Assembly (NCBI GenBank): GCA_035084275.1
Contig: CM068761.1
Coordinates: forward strand, 9,176,001-9,240,000
Direction of reading: 5' to 3'
Length of the DNA: 64,000 nucleotides
From: Hydrolagus colliei
Lineage: Eukaryota
The notes below the pieces were generated by a model. That model did not search any database. It saw only the letters and a list, made by a program, of their open reading frames with translations, and had not been told where the DNA came from. Numbering within the stretch: the first letter of the stretch is position 1; each line of letters begins with the position of its first letter. The translations under genes were made by a program, and so were the position numbers. Of the stretch, positions 26,788 to 40,042 are shown in pieces.

Positions 26788-29700
26788 CCCCCGGGGCCGC
26801 CTGGCCCGGCCCGTTCACCTCCACCCGAGAGCCGGGTGACCAGCGGCTCATTGACAACACTTCACACTCACAGGAATAAAGCACAGGATCAGTGGATTCT
26901 CAACTCGAATCTGAGACGTTTATACTTTTGTTGTTCGGTTAGCGGATCATTTACCAGCGACACATCAATTCAAACAATGTGGAGGAAATGGTCATCCGGA
27001 AATATCACCAAATATTCACATTCAAAAACTGTGGCATTTTTATGAATAAATGACATATTTATATAACTTGGTAGATTTGTTAAATTGCAGCTGGAAAGGG
27101 TGAATAATTATAAACTAAATCATGTTTTATAGATAAGTACAAATATTCAAATATCCCAGTTTGGACTTGGATTCCATTGTAGGTATTTGCTTGTAATAAG
27201 TAATAAGAATAATATTTCTTGCATTTGCTGTAGAGAATTTCTTGTCTTCTAAACGCCTCAGGAACTTCACAGGATGTACTGTTATTGGAGGGCAAGATGG
27301 GTTAGTCAAATGCGCTCAGCAATGTCCCACAACCAGGCATGGATTGAAGTGACCAATTTATCATTTATTTTATTATTGTTTAAATGGCCGTTAAAAGGTT
27401 TCTGTTAATAGTTTCCATGGAGGTAAAGCACGAGTTTCCACACATCAAGTTATGATGTCAACGAGTCAATTTTACGTTTGCATTGACTTTTTCTTGCTGA
27501 TTTAACCTAACAATTTACAGGAGTCTCGAGAGGTCTGACTGCCCCACGGCTCCGTCCTACTAACAACAACAACAACAACAAAATTACATTCATAAAGCGC
27601 CTGTCACGTCGGGAGGATGTGAAAGGCTAAACAGAATTTACGTTTGAGATTGTATCAGCATGGATTCCCGCAGCGCAATGGTTACAGCGTTTGCAAAGAA
27701 GAGATATGGGTTATTTTGCCGGCAAGGCGAAACCTTGAGCAAGGTTCCTGTTTCCACACTGACTGACAATAGTCCCTCGATTAACAGGCAATTGTAAAAT
27801 TGGTCATTTCAATCCAGAACAGTTTGTGGAGCGCTGCTGTGCGCAGTTTGCTGCCTGTCTTGTCCACAAAACTACAGTTAATTCACCATCGACTACCCCA
27901 ATAACACACTCATCACAGTATCCTTTCACACGACATAAAAGAAAAATCCATGTATTATTAGAAATCAGGTAACACAATAAAGAATTTACACATTTGATCA
28001 CTAGTTAACACATATCTGCCGTTTATTGCAAGCTATGACCTCAATGAATCACTTCTGCGTTTGTAATGACTTGTTTTTGCTGATATAACATAACAAGTTA
28101 CAGCAGTCTGTATAGGTCAGCGCCAAGGGTCCGACCCGCGAAACAGAATTAACGTTTGAGATTGTTTCATCATAGAGTCCTGTAGCTCAATGGTTAGAGC
28201 ACTTGCAAGCAAGAGATATGGGTTGTTTTCACGGCTGGGCGAAACCTTCAGAAAAGTTTCCTTTCTCCACACTGTCTGACAATAATGCCTCGAAAAAAAG
28301 CAATGATAAAATGGGTCATTTCAATTCAGGACAATTTGTGGATTCCTCTGTGCGCTGTTTGCTGTCCATCTCACCAACACAAATACAGTTAATTCACCAT
28401 TGCCTACTCCAGTAACACACTCCTCACAGCATCCTATTATGCTATCAATAACACATGAAAAATCCATCTTTATTGGACGTTAGAGAAAAGAATAAATAAT
28501 TGACACGTTTGATGATCACTTCATCCTCTTTAAGCAGCGTGTTACTAAACATTAGATGACAATATACAGCATTATTCTATTATACATTCAAAGACAGCAG
28601 AGAACATGGTGTGGATGGGTTAGGTGAAGTGCTGATATTATAAGATTACATACAGTATTACAGAAGTGGATTGTGGTGGAGGGAAGCAATTACGTTTCAT
28701 TGAATGAGGAATAAGATTTCGAATGTAGTCTGATGATTTGCTTTCACAGAACCTTTAATGTAGCAGGAAAATATGATATGTTTTAACCGTTCACTGCAGT
28801 TTTAGAATGTGTTGATGTGTTCCACTTATTCTGAAAACTCCCAGTTTAGCCCCTGATTCCACCTGTTAGTTGGTAAAAGTATTGAAATAAATTATATTGA
28901 CGTCTAGTTATTCCTTATGCGCTGTGCTCGCTTTAGCAGAATAAGTGATTACAGTTTATAAACCAGAGTCCTGTAGCTGAGTGGTTAGAACTCGCCTTGC
29001 AAGCGAGGAATCTGGGTTCAATTCCCGGACGGGTTAAAACTGGGCAAGTTTCCTTACTCCACATGCCTAATAAGAATGACCTAAAAAAATGAGTAATTTT
29101 ATCCACAACTGTATGTGGGACACTGCTGTATATAATTGGCTGCCGCATTTCACCCACATATATACATATACAGTGAATTCGTTTTACAGTATATTTTGTT
29201 TGTGAAGCGATTTGAAATGTCTAAATGACGTAAAAAGCACAAATCAATAATCCTTGCATTAGATATAGCGCATTCCACATCTTATCGGTGTCTCAAATGA
29301 AAGGATTATTATTATTATTGTTGTTTGGATTTTTTGGCCGAAAATCGTATCAATGTAAAAACTTGTTGAGAGATTTGAAAAAAGCATTACATCCTGAAGC
29401 TCTGCAAATACATGTGTTTGTACCTAATTTCAGGCCCTTAAAAATTATATATTGAATGATTTTGAGCAGGCCCTCAGCTCAAAATCTTGTATTTCATTTC
29501 TACCCTACACCACATCAATGTTTCACTCATGTGCCGTCAATATTTCCAGCATCTAAGTTTTCAAAATCTGAATATCCAACTCCATAGGCTGCAGATCATC
29601 GAGAACTTTGCTTTCATGTCTCCTTCTGCTCCTATAGGAGGCTCCATGAAATTATCAACCCCACCCCTTACAAATCAATGCCACATTCTCTTCACCAAGC

Positions 29701-31709
29701 TGACTGCCTTGCTTCCTTCAAGGTAGGTATCAGGACCTTCGACCACCTGATTGACCTCCCTGCTACCCTCTCTGCCCTCCCAATCCCCTGATTCAATCCC
29801 GTCCACATGGCTCCAAATCACTGACAAGACAGCGCCTTGGGATAATATCTAGATACGAAACGCAAAACACAAATGTAATTTCATAATTTTTACCTAATTG
29901 TGTCTAGCCGTATGGTTGTTTCTGGATCATGACTATTCCCAAGTCAAAGAGCACACAAGCCCATGTGGGCATCGACACCACACTACACTGCGTGAAGGGT
30001 ACTACATAAATGCAAGTTGTTGTTGATGTCGTTGTTTTAATACTTGTTTTAGAATGCCAACTGGGTGACATTAAGCAACTCTATGTGGTTCTCTAGCTTT
30101 TTGCTTCCTTCCAATCATCATGTACGGATTGCGTTATCATCATACATTTACTTGTATACTTTTTTTTACCTGCATATATATACATCCGATGACAAAGTTA
30201 AAAATTGAATCATGCACCAATGAAGAATGACCTCCAACCCCATCACAGATCATTTCCTTGTGCTGAATTCTACCATTATTAAATTATCTTCCAATCATAC
30301 TAGTTAGATCATTATTTCTAAATCCATAATAATGATACATTTTGGATTACATTCTTTCAGCTCCTTATTTGGGTGGAAGGCTCGAAGTTCGTTGTGGACA
30401 TCAGCCCATTAGTTTATTGCAACATGGCAGAAAGAGCCATAAACAAAATGATAAATTTTAATTTGGTGGAAGGATGTCTAACATACTACAAATGCTTATT
30501 CTCATCCAAAGTAGAGCACGTCTGAGAATACAATGAACATCCCCACCCTGTACACAACGCTGCATTGGAGTGTCAACATTGACAATGTATGTTCCAACTG
30601 TAGACGTGGAGCTGGAACTCCCATTCCTCTGAATCTTGGGGAGAATGAATGCCTCCAACTGTGCCAGACAGTCACACTGGCACATACAGTCATCTGGCAT
30701 GCCTTTAGTCAGAAAGTCAATAAATGACGTTGAACCAAACACACATCATTCCCTGCTGCTAAAGTCTATCCATAGTAGTTTACCTGCCAATTGCACCCTT
30801 TAGCATCCTTCTTTACCTGTCGAAAGTTATAATACATTTACCGTTACTTTAATGTTCACGTTATATTTGTAGGATGGCAAATGGATCAATTAATATTCTG
30901 CATATTTGCAGCAGCCCATTAGGACGCAACAGTTTTCCACAAGCAGCGATGAAGTGAATAAAAATATCAACAACAAATTACAGTTGTATAGCACTGAATG
31001 ATGAATTCTAATTTGAGGGCATCTTGTCCATGATGTGGCAAATGCTCCTTTTACCTTTTCAAATGTGTCATATTTTAGATCCAGATAAACTAACAAACTG
31101 AGATCTGATCAGAACAATGGCAATTCCAACAATGCAGCCAATCTGTAGCACAGCATCAGTGTCAATATTGGCAATATATGTAGATGTTCCAATTCCACGT
31201 TTGGTGCTTGAAACCCCAACCCTCTGATTCAGAGGGTAATTCCAATTGAGCCAGGCTTACAAACTGACACAGGTGTCAATGTTCCTTCTTGCCTTCCACG
31301 TGGAGCGATCCAAATGCATGACTAAGATGCTAAATTAAGTCTTGTGGCACAAGGGTAGAGCACTCACCTTGCAAGAGAATAATGTAGGATGAGTCAACAT
31401 TGTGGAGTGCTTTAAATGTGAGGACCAGGATGTTGAATAGGATCCTCTGGATGATGGGGAGCCAATAGAGTCAGGCGAGGATGGGGTAGATCGGGTCACA
31501 GAGTTTGGAACGGTAGAGAACATGGGCCGCAGAGTTCTGGATTATCTGCAGCCTGCGGAGGGAAGAGTTGGGAAGGCCAACCAGCAGGGCATTTGCGTAA
31601 TCTATCTGGGGTGTAATGAAGCCATAGATTAGGGTTTCGGTGTCTTTGAAATAAGTAGTGGCAGAGTTGGGCAATGTTGCAGGGATGGGGAAAGGCAGAG
31701 CGAATCATT

Positions 31710-31791
31710 GATTGGATGTGGAGGAGGATGATTGGATGTGGAGGAGGAAAATTGGATGGATGTGGAGGACATTGATTGGATGTGGAGGAGG
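31710..31791. repeat. Local ~21-bp tandem expansion (ATTGGATGTGGAGGAGG), about 4 copies, inside an L2 remnant
   Basis: Single copy at ~5182 and ~18499; expanded only here. Confidence 0.75.
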
Positions 31792-34700
31792 AAAAACAGT
31801 TGAGTGTCCAACAATACACCTAGGTTCCTGAATGGCTTTGTGAGTTTGAGAGTGCCACCATACAGGTTGATGCTGCCAGCGCCTGGTGCAAGAAGTCACA
31901 GGCATGAGCCAGTCAGTAGGGCCTCTGTCTTGTTGACATTCAACTGTAGAAATTTAGCTCTCTTCCAGGACTTGATGTCTGACCACTGTCAGGAGAGTGG
32001 TAGTCCAAGAGTCGAAGGCAGAGGCAGAGTGACAGAGTTGGGTGTCATCTGCTAACATGTTAAACCAATGTCTGCAGATGATGTCACGTTGTAGATATTG
32101 TAGCTGTTGATTTTGAAAAGTAAGGGACAAGGACAGAGCCCTGGTGGATGCCACGGGGTGACAGTGCGTGGGCTGGAGGGGAAGCCATTGGTCTTGACAA
32201 CGTATCGGCATTGAGAGAGGTACAACAACAATAAAAGCTTTGATTTATGTAGCGTCCTCCAGGCCGGACGGGGTCTCAGAGTGCTTCACAATAGCGGACC
32301 CTGGGACGAGCCAGGGGTAGAGGTAGAACGGTGACCAAAGGCACGGTCAAAGATAAAGGTCTTCAGCTGAGACCTGAAACTGAGCAAAGAGGGGGGAGGT
32401 GAAGGTAGTGAAGAAGGGAATTCCAGATCCTTGGGGCATAGTGGCTGAATGCATGGTCGCGAAGGTGGAGCGGAGGATTCGGGGGACTTGTGGGAGGCCA
32501 GACAAACTGGAGCAAAGGTAACGGGTGCTGGTGTGAGTTGACGGGAGGTCAGAGATGTAGGGGTGTGCAGAGGAGTGGAAGAATTTGAAGACAAGGGTGA
32601 GGAACTTGAAGTTGATCCTCTCGGGATATGGAGCCAGTGAAGTCTGGCCAGGACTGGGGTAATGGGGGAGCGACGTTTGGTGCAGGTGGGAATGCAGGCA
32701 GCAGAGTTCAGAATGAGCTGGACTCTGGATTGTGGAGGACGGGAGACCAGCGAGGAAGGCATTGGAATAGTCCTGTCGAGAGGTGTCAAAGGCGTGGGCC
32801 AGGATTTCGTTGGCTTTTAGGGTGAGGTATTGCCGGAGACGGGTGATCCATTGGAGGTGGAAGAAGGTAGTGCTGGTGAGGGAGTGGATGTGAGGGAGGA
32901 CGTCCAGTTGGGGGTCGAACCTGATGCCTAGTTATGCACAGGTTCACAGAGTTTTACGGGCAGACTGGGAAGGTGAGGAGGTGAGAGCAGTGCGAATGGA
33001 GACGTTGACAAAAGCCAAAGAGTATGAGTGGGAGTCGAATCAGGCAAGGACAGGTCTGTGGAGATTGACCAGCCAGGAGATGCGGTGTAGGAGGACATTG
33101 TTAAAGGCAGCAGAGAGGTCAAGGAGTACAGGAGGGAAATGAGCGAAGCTGGGAAGCAATGACCCATTGGAGAGGAATGGGAGGTTGGCGATGTGGCCAT
33201 AGCTAGAGATTAATAATGCATCAAGAGTACGTTTGATCAGATGGTGATGGTGAGAGCAGTTTTTAGAGGAATGGGGATGCTGCTGGTGGATGCACAGAGG
33301 GGAATTTGATGATGTCAGTTAAGAGGGGGGAAAGGAGATGGAGCTGGGAGATGAGAAGAGTGGTGGGGATGGGGTCAAGGGAGCAGGTGGTTGGTTTGAT
33401 TTTGCAGAGGAGAGCAGAGAAGGTGGGGGAAGAGGTATCTAGTGGGGGTGGGAGGGAGATGGATCCTGTGGAGTGTGAGTGTGGGCTGAACGAATCCCTT
33501 TTCATTTTCACCGACAAATGAACAGTCAACTCACCATAAAAAATATTTTGTGAAGCAGTGTAAGAAGTCTAGAAGACTTGAAAAGAGCTACACCACATTT
33601 AAAAAAATTATTATTAAAATTTATTGTTAATAAAATTTCATAATTATCAATTCCTTGCTCCACTGATATCGAGGACTACTCCAAATCTAGCTACTCCCAA
33701 GCATCTCTTATATCCCAAATACAGACCTTCAAGTGTCTCATGGTTCTCTGCCACACGGTGTTCAAGCATTCTCCAACTCACTTCCCCTCAGACCCATTTC
33801 TCATTGTCTCCCCTGTAGTTTTTGCCAATTATTATAACTATTTTTTTCAGGCTACTGACCTATGGTTTCCGCCCCCCTACCCCACCCACTCCTGATAAGG
33901 AGTGATTGGTAGTGTCACAGAGTAGAGGCGCGAAGAGGTAGTGTTTGGAGATAACAATGCTGTGGAGATGGATTCAAGCGAGTGGGTTGTGTGTTTTATG
34001 GTCGATATGGTGGTGTTTGGGGACAAAAGGGGGAAATGTAGAAGCGGGAAATGGTAGAGGTCGAGTGTGTGCAGAAGGTAGGGAAGGATCTGCGTTTGGG
34101 GTGAGGGGAGAGGGTTGGGGTTGGGTCAGAGGTTGCTCAATGGATTTGGAAGAGGCAAGAGAGGAGCAGTATGTTCTCATCTCATCCGGCCACATATGCA
34201 GGTGGACCATTATGTGACATTTGAGCCTGTTTCATTCGATGGCCTGAACCTTACCCCAGAGGAGTAGACGCGGCTGGTGTAACAGACTGAGGATTGTGAT
34301 TTGGATGTGGTTCATGAGGTGAGGAGGGCAAGGGCATTGAGAGTAGTTAAGGGAGTGTTATGGATGAAAAGGATTGAGCAGGATCAGTCAGTGTGTGACC
34401 ACATTTCCCTGGTTTTAGTCCAAATTAACCAACCGCCATCACTTCATCTCCATAAATCGTTTTACTTTCTGCCCAGGCAGTCACCTGTGTTTTACCCCAA
34501 GGCTTAAACCAGGGTCACTTTTTCCTTAGATTATTTACACCCTATCTCTCCCTAATATAATTTGCAAGAATGCTGGATTTATCCCAATGCACGCCAATCA
34601 AATCCAAATCTATCTATTCTCCTCTTCAACCTTCTCCTTGTAACACTGAGACAACTCATGTTTTATTTGGTTGTTTGTCAGACATCAACTCCTGGTTCAA

Positions 34701-37497
34701 TACCAATTTCCGACAGTTACATTTCAACGAGACGGAAACCATACACTTTGGCTACTATCAGTATTTTTTCGACTGTCGATCTGACCTGTTCGGCCACCCA
34801 TAGCACCTTCCCGTCTACCACAACCACTCCCCACATATTCCAACCATATACCATATCTTTGGTGAACTCATGTGTCAGGTTCAATTTGCTTCATACGAGG
34901 AATCTACTCCCAAGCCAGTATGACTTTCTGCCAATTCTGTCATATTGCCCAGCTACACAACACATTGAATACAGTTGGAATATTGCCCCATGTCTCTGTC
35001 ACCTCCACTCTCGACTACTCATTAGCCTCCCCTTCTCCACTGTCCAGAAAATCCAAAGTTGGTCTGCTGTAGGCGGAGGGGTGGGGGGGGGGGGGGGGGG
35101 GGGGGGGTCTGGGGTGGAGGGCAAGGTGAGAATCAGAGGTCGTCCAGCAGACAATGGAGCTAAATGTGGAAGTGTTGATGAATCGAAATCAGCCTACTGT
35201 TGCAGAACTTTGAAGGTGTTTTCAGTAGGCAGTGTTGGAAGCAGTTTTGAAGTAAAAGTGGTAGTCAAAAAAGTGGAAGAGGTTAGGTCCATTGGAGAAG
35301 AACTTGAATCATTAGCAATTGGGTGTGGAGAAAGTTGAAGAGAAAAAGTAATGGGATTATGGTCAGTTACAATGATGGAAACAGAGAAGGAAAGATGCGA
35401 CAAATGTTTTTATAATACAAACATTAGGGGAGGCACAGAAGAGAGGCAAGGCAAGAACTGGAAGATGCTGCACAGCGGATTTTGCTCATGTCAAACACAT
35501 AACAATATTAAGTGCTGAGAAATGCGATTGGGAGTGAAGCGCACGATAATCAATGCAATCTGTTGGGATGGCACTATACTAATGTAATTTTGTTGTTAGT
35601 TGACCCTGTCCCTGGCTCGGTCCTGGGATCCATTATTGTGAAGTGCTCTCAAACGCTGTCAGGTGAGGAGTGCGCTATATAAATCAAAGATGTTGTTGTT
35701 GTCACCTTTCTTATTTGTCATGAGTGGATACGAATGCAGTGACAGTGGAGATCAGAGGAAAGTGATCCTTTCTCTCCTTAACCCAACATATTGCACAATT
35801 TATCTCTTACACTCTCACAGCCCGAAATCAGATTATCTAAATCACATTATGTTGTGGCCGTATTATTATTTTTGACTTTTTTTGTCTTTGTTCAGTGGAT
35901 TTAAGGGCAGATGGCCACCAAACATTCTTCGGATTCTGTTGTCACTTACATGTCCTTAGGTATCCTCAGGAAGCGTCGTTCGATAACGAATCAATTGAAT
36001 GAACTGACTCGTTATGTGGTCAATTTAGCAAAGATAAATCGTATTTTATTCTGATTTAGTTTTCTGGTAACATTTCTGAGTATTGTCCTGGGATGCAGTT
36101 CATAGATTGTAATGGATGTCAAGACCACCAAAGGCCTTTCCTGGTGGGACAATTATAAACATCATCTCATTGGAGGCGTTTGCCCAGCGACGCTCCTGTA
36201 ACTGTTACCAGTGGGCCATGTGCCCAGAAATTAAACACGCCCAATGAGGCGACAACCCGCCCAATGAGGCGAGAAGCCGCCCAATGAGGCGAGATCCCGC
36301 CCAATGAGGCGAGAAGCCGCCCAATGAGGCGAGATCCCGCCCAATCAGCAAACATTGGCAGCGGGTCTCAGGGCGACTGAATTTATTGGTGGATCCCCTC
36401 CCCCCAGCGGTGCGTATTGACTGCGTATTGGCATCCACCCCCAGCACGTTAGGTTGGCGGTCAGGTGTCCATCACCCCGAGAACACGCCCCCCTCCCCGG
36501 CCAGCCAGTCACCCTTTCCTGCCTCGGGGCCCCGCGCTATTGTATTTCATGTTCCCGAGGCCTCCACTGCATCAATTTATAATAATCCTGACAACGATGG
36601 AGAGTTATAAGGAATTAAGATAAAAACAGTCGGTTTGGGGGGTTAGCGCTGACACGTGTTGAGTGTAAAGCAATTAAAAGCATCAGCATCATGTCTAAAA
36701 ATACCAGCAGCCGCGGGTCGGTAACATGAATGGTTTTGCTGAGAGTGGATCGGAGAACATGTCAATATGAGGGATTGGATAAGGGAACTGTATAATGGGC
36801 TGCAGTGAAATATTGTTCTCACTCGTTTATTTCCTGACTGTCAGTGACAGCGGGTGGGGGATACGTTGTCGGTTTGAGCCAAAGAACATTGAGATGACGC
36901 TCCAACAAGAGCTTTCCGTCCAATATTAATAGTAAATGGCAACTGATAATCTGCGGCAAATTGGGTGAATGTTGGAATTTAACCCGCCAATAACCACACA
37001 GTTTTCTATTGGAATTACCAGCCACCTTCCCGCTGCTTGTTCAGCTCGCACCAAGTGTGTAGTCATGGCGTTGGCTTGCGGAACAGTCATTATTTGTCAG
37101 TAAATAAAATGATCAATAAAACAGTGTCAGTGATGGCAATGAATCTGTGACTTTATTAAGCGGAGCTACTTAATAATTAAACAATGTGATTGTTAAGAGC
37201 CAGGAAACTAGCAAGACGCAGAAATGGCAATCAGCTATTCCTAGATAATTGTACATTAATTAGTAATCCGCGAATCGCTGCGATAATTTAAAATAGAGAA
37301 TGAAACAGAAGTAAAACAAGTTTTTTTTATTGCAAACTCAAACTACTCCACATTTTGATTGGAATTACATGAGCATCGAAATACAGACGGCGCGATACTG
37401 TGACACAGTTTGGATCGATATAAAAATGTGGGAATGTCGAATTGAACATTTCTCAACAAGGCTCCGTGGGCAGTACAGTTCAGTACAGTTCCCGGAA

Positions 37498-37820
37498 TCA
37501 TACACAGGTGGATCTGGCGATGGTTGTTTTAAGAGGATCTGCCCGAGCCTCGTGTTTGACCAGACAGGAATACAGCTCGTGTGTCTCCCACTCGGAGGCT
37601 GGCAGAGTCAGATAACTGCTCACACTGTACGTGTTGTCCTCCTCCTGCTTGATCGCACTCGTTTCAACACCTTCACTTCTGGCGCTGCCATCCACAGTCC
37701 ACTTGACCTCCACAGCTCCCGGGGTAAAATCATTCACCAGACACACCAGGGTCGCCTTGCTCTTTGCTGTGATTTGATCTGGTGACGGCGGAAGGACAGT
37801 CACCGAAGGGGCCCGTGGGT
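37498..37820 (-). CDS. IGLC: Ig light-chain constant exon, cluster C
   Basis: 323-nt intact exon; KQEED and SEWET variants. Confidence 0.97.
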
Positions 37821-39377
37821 CTGGAAATAAAGATTCAGTTTTAAAAATATCTGTTGAGAACTTTATCATTTCTCTCTGATGGTTTAGCAATATAAAGTGC
37901 TCTCCTCTCCACTCCCAATTAATGCGAATCTCAAACTAATCTCGCCATGTTAACCTCCAATATATAATCCTATATACCGGGCACTGACGTTTCCGTGTTG
38001 TTCCAATTGGAAAGTGAATACAAATCTGTGCGGCTGATGTTCTGATAGATGTGGTTCTATTACAGCTGAATCATTAAGGTGTTTAGCACAAGTACGTTTA
38101 TTTTATTCGAACAATTTTTACGTCGAGATGACAATATATCGCTTAAATAGGCCAAAACAAACGGTTACGAAAGATTGTAGATTCCCTATCCAAATAAAAT
38201 ATTTCATGATCGAGAGGCGTGGGTTTGAACAAATATCCTGCAATAATATAATTTAATGACACCTGTTAACTGATCCGAAGGATACTACATAAATCAGAGG
38301 AAGTTGGGAAAATGTTAATTTCAAATGCTTCGTTTTATGCCGACCGATTTCTGCTCAGATTTGAACTCTCGGGGCAACTGTGATTGTTTTTGTGGATCTG
38401 GTTCTACAATCATTCTGAACATTCAGTTCAAACCGATTGAGAATGAGTTAGAGAGATTAGGACTGGCTGCGATAGAATCTCCTTCAAATCACATCAAATT
38501 TGTAACGGGAACATTTGTGGGGACTTCATCCCCACGTTCTCAAATACAAAATGTATAACTATATAAAATGAGTTTTGATTGATTGGTTGATTGATTGATT
38601 GATTAATTGATTGATTGAATAGTTACTCATGAGACAGTAATTATTTTGAAGTATTGCAATATCTCGACCACATGATAACGATTTGTATTACTATTATTAT
38701 TTTATATACAATATTATTAACCCCAATATATTGCACTAAAGCTTTGAATCCCCGGAGGAGACTGATATTTCTGGGATGTATTTTCTTCACAATCTGGTTT
38801 TTAAAATATCAAGAAAACTGGCTTATGTTACTGTTTGGATGAACGGGGCAGGAATGTCTCCGCTCTCAGCTTTTGCTCTGCGTGTCAGATCTGCAGAGGT
38901 GTGTGGGGCCACCGAATTAACAACATTAGCACAATAACTAACAATTTAATATTCTGAAATATGCACTAATCTAGTGGTCAAGGGGTGGTTTTGTGCTTTC
39001 AGAATGTTGGGTCACATCAAGATTCCTGAATAATAATAACAAAATTAGTTACAATACAACAGCATCTACATTTATGTCACTCCATTGCGCGTCAGGAAAA
39101 TTTCGCAAATTATGTGAAGAAGCGAAGTTGAACAAAAAGTACATACGTGTGCCCCACACTGCCCGCCTCGCCTCACCACACACACTCACTCACATAGATC
39201 ATTTTGATTCAAGTGGTACAATAGTATTCTCAGCACAGCTCATTAAAATATACACTCATGATATGACAACCGTTATGAATAAGGTCTGAATAAAATAAGA
39301 ATAGAGCTTAACATAAAATACAGCAACAGCTAAACTATTGCTCAATTTAATCTGTAACAAATCACAAATATACTTAC

Positions 39378-39909
39378 TGCCAATCCCCACTCTGGTCCCT
39401 TTACCGAAGATAAACGTGTTCGAAACCCAAGCACCACAGTAATAATCAGCGGCGTCATCCCCCTGAACACTGGAGATGATTAAATCGCCAGACCTGGAAT
39501 CCCTGGAGCCCGAGAATCGATCGGAAACTCCCGACATCCTGGTGAAGCTGTTCACTCCATTAGTGTACAGGAGATACTGAGGAGCATTCCCCGGCCTTTG
39601 CTGGTACCAAAACACAGTATAGCTGCTAATACTGCCCCCAGTCATGGTACAACCCAGGGTCAACTTCTCTCCCAGGGAGGTAGAGACCGACGGCGGCTGA
39701 TGTAAGGCTGGCAGCGAGTTTACACCTGTAAAACAGTAAGTCAGGAGAACACATAACAATACATGATGATTCTCAAATAAAAGGCAAATCAAAGCTCTCA
39801 GCCCATGTACCCAACACAAGAACAAGGAACAGGAGCAATAATAATCCCTGAAGGACTCACAGTGGAGGCAAGTCATCAATGTGGCGAGAAATGGAACCCA
39901 AGGCGCCAT
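39378..39909 (-). CDS. IGLV: Leader (39909-39861) plus germline-joined VJ exon (39725-39378), cluster C; CDR3 GAWVSNTFI
   Basis: 348-nt VJ exon in frame, canonical splice sites. Confidence 0.97.
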
Positions 39910-39987
39910 GGTGAGGGTTGCGAGATCGGTCACAAACTCCAACCGTTTCCTGACAACAACTGACTCTGGGTATCAGCCCGTGGCTCA

Positions 39988-40042
39988 GTTTATGAACTGA
40001 CCCAATTCTGAACGTCACACGGCGCTGATCAGTTATGCAAAT
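39988..40042 (-). promoter_or_regulatory. IgL V promoter, cluster C (octamer 40035-40042)
   Basis: ATTTGCAT on the coding strand; same layout as cluster A. Confidence 0.85.
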
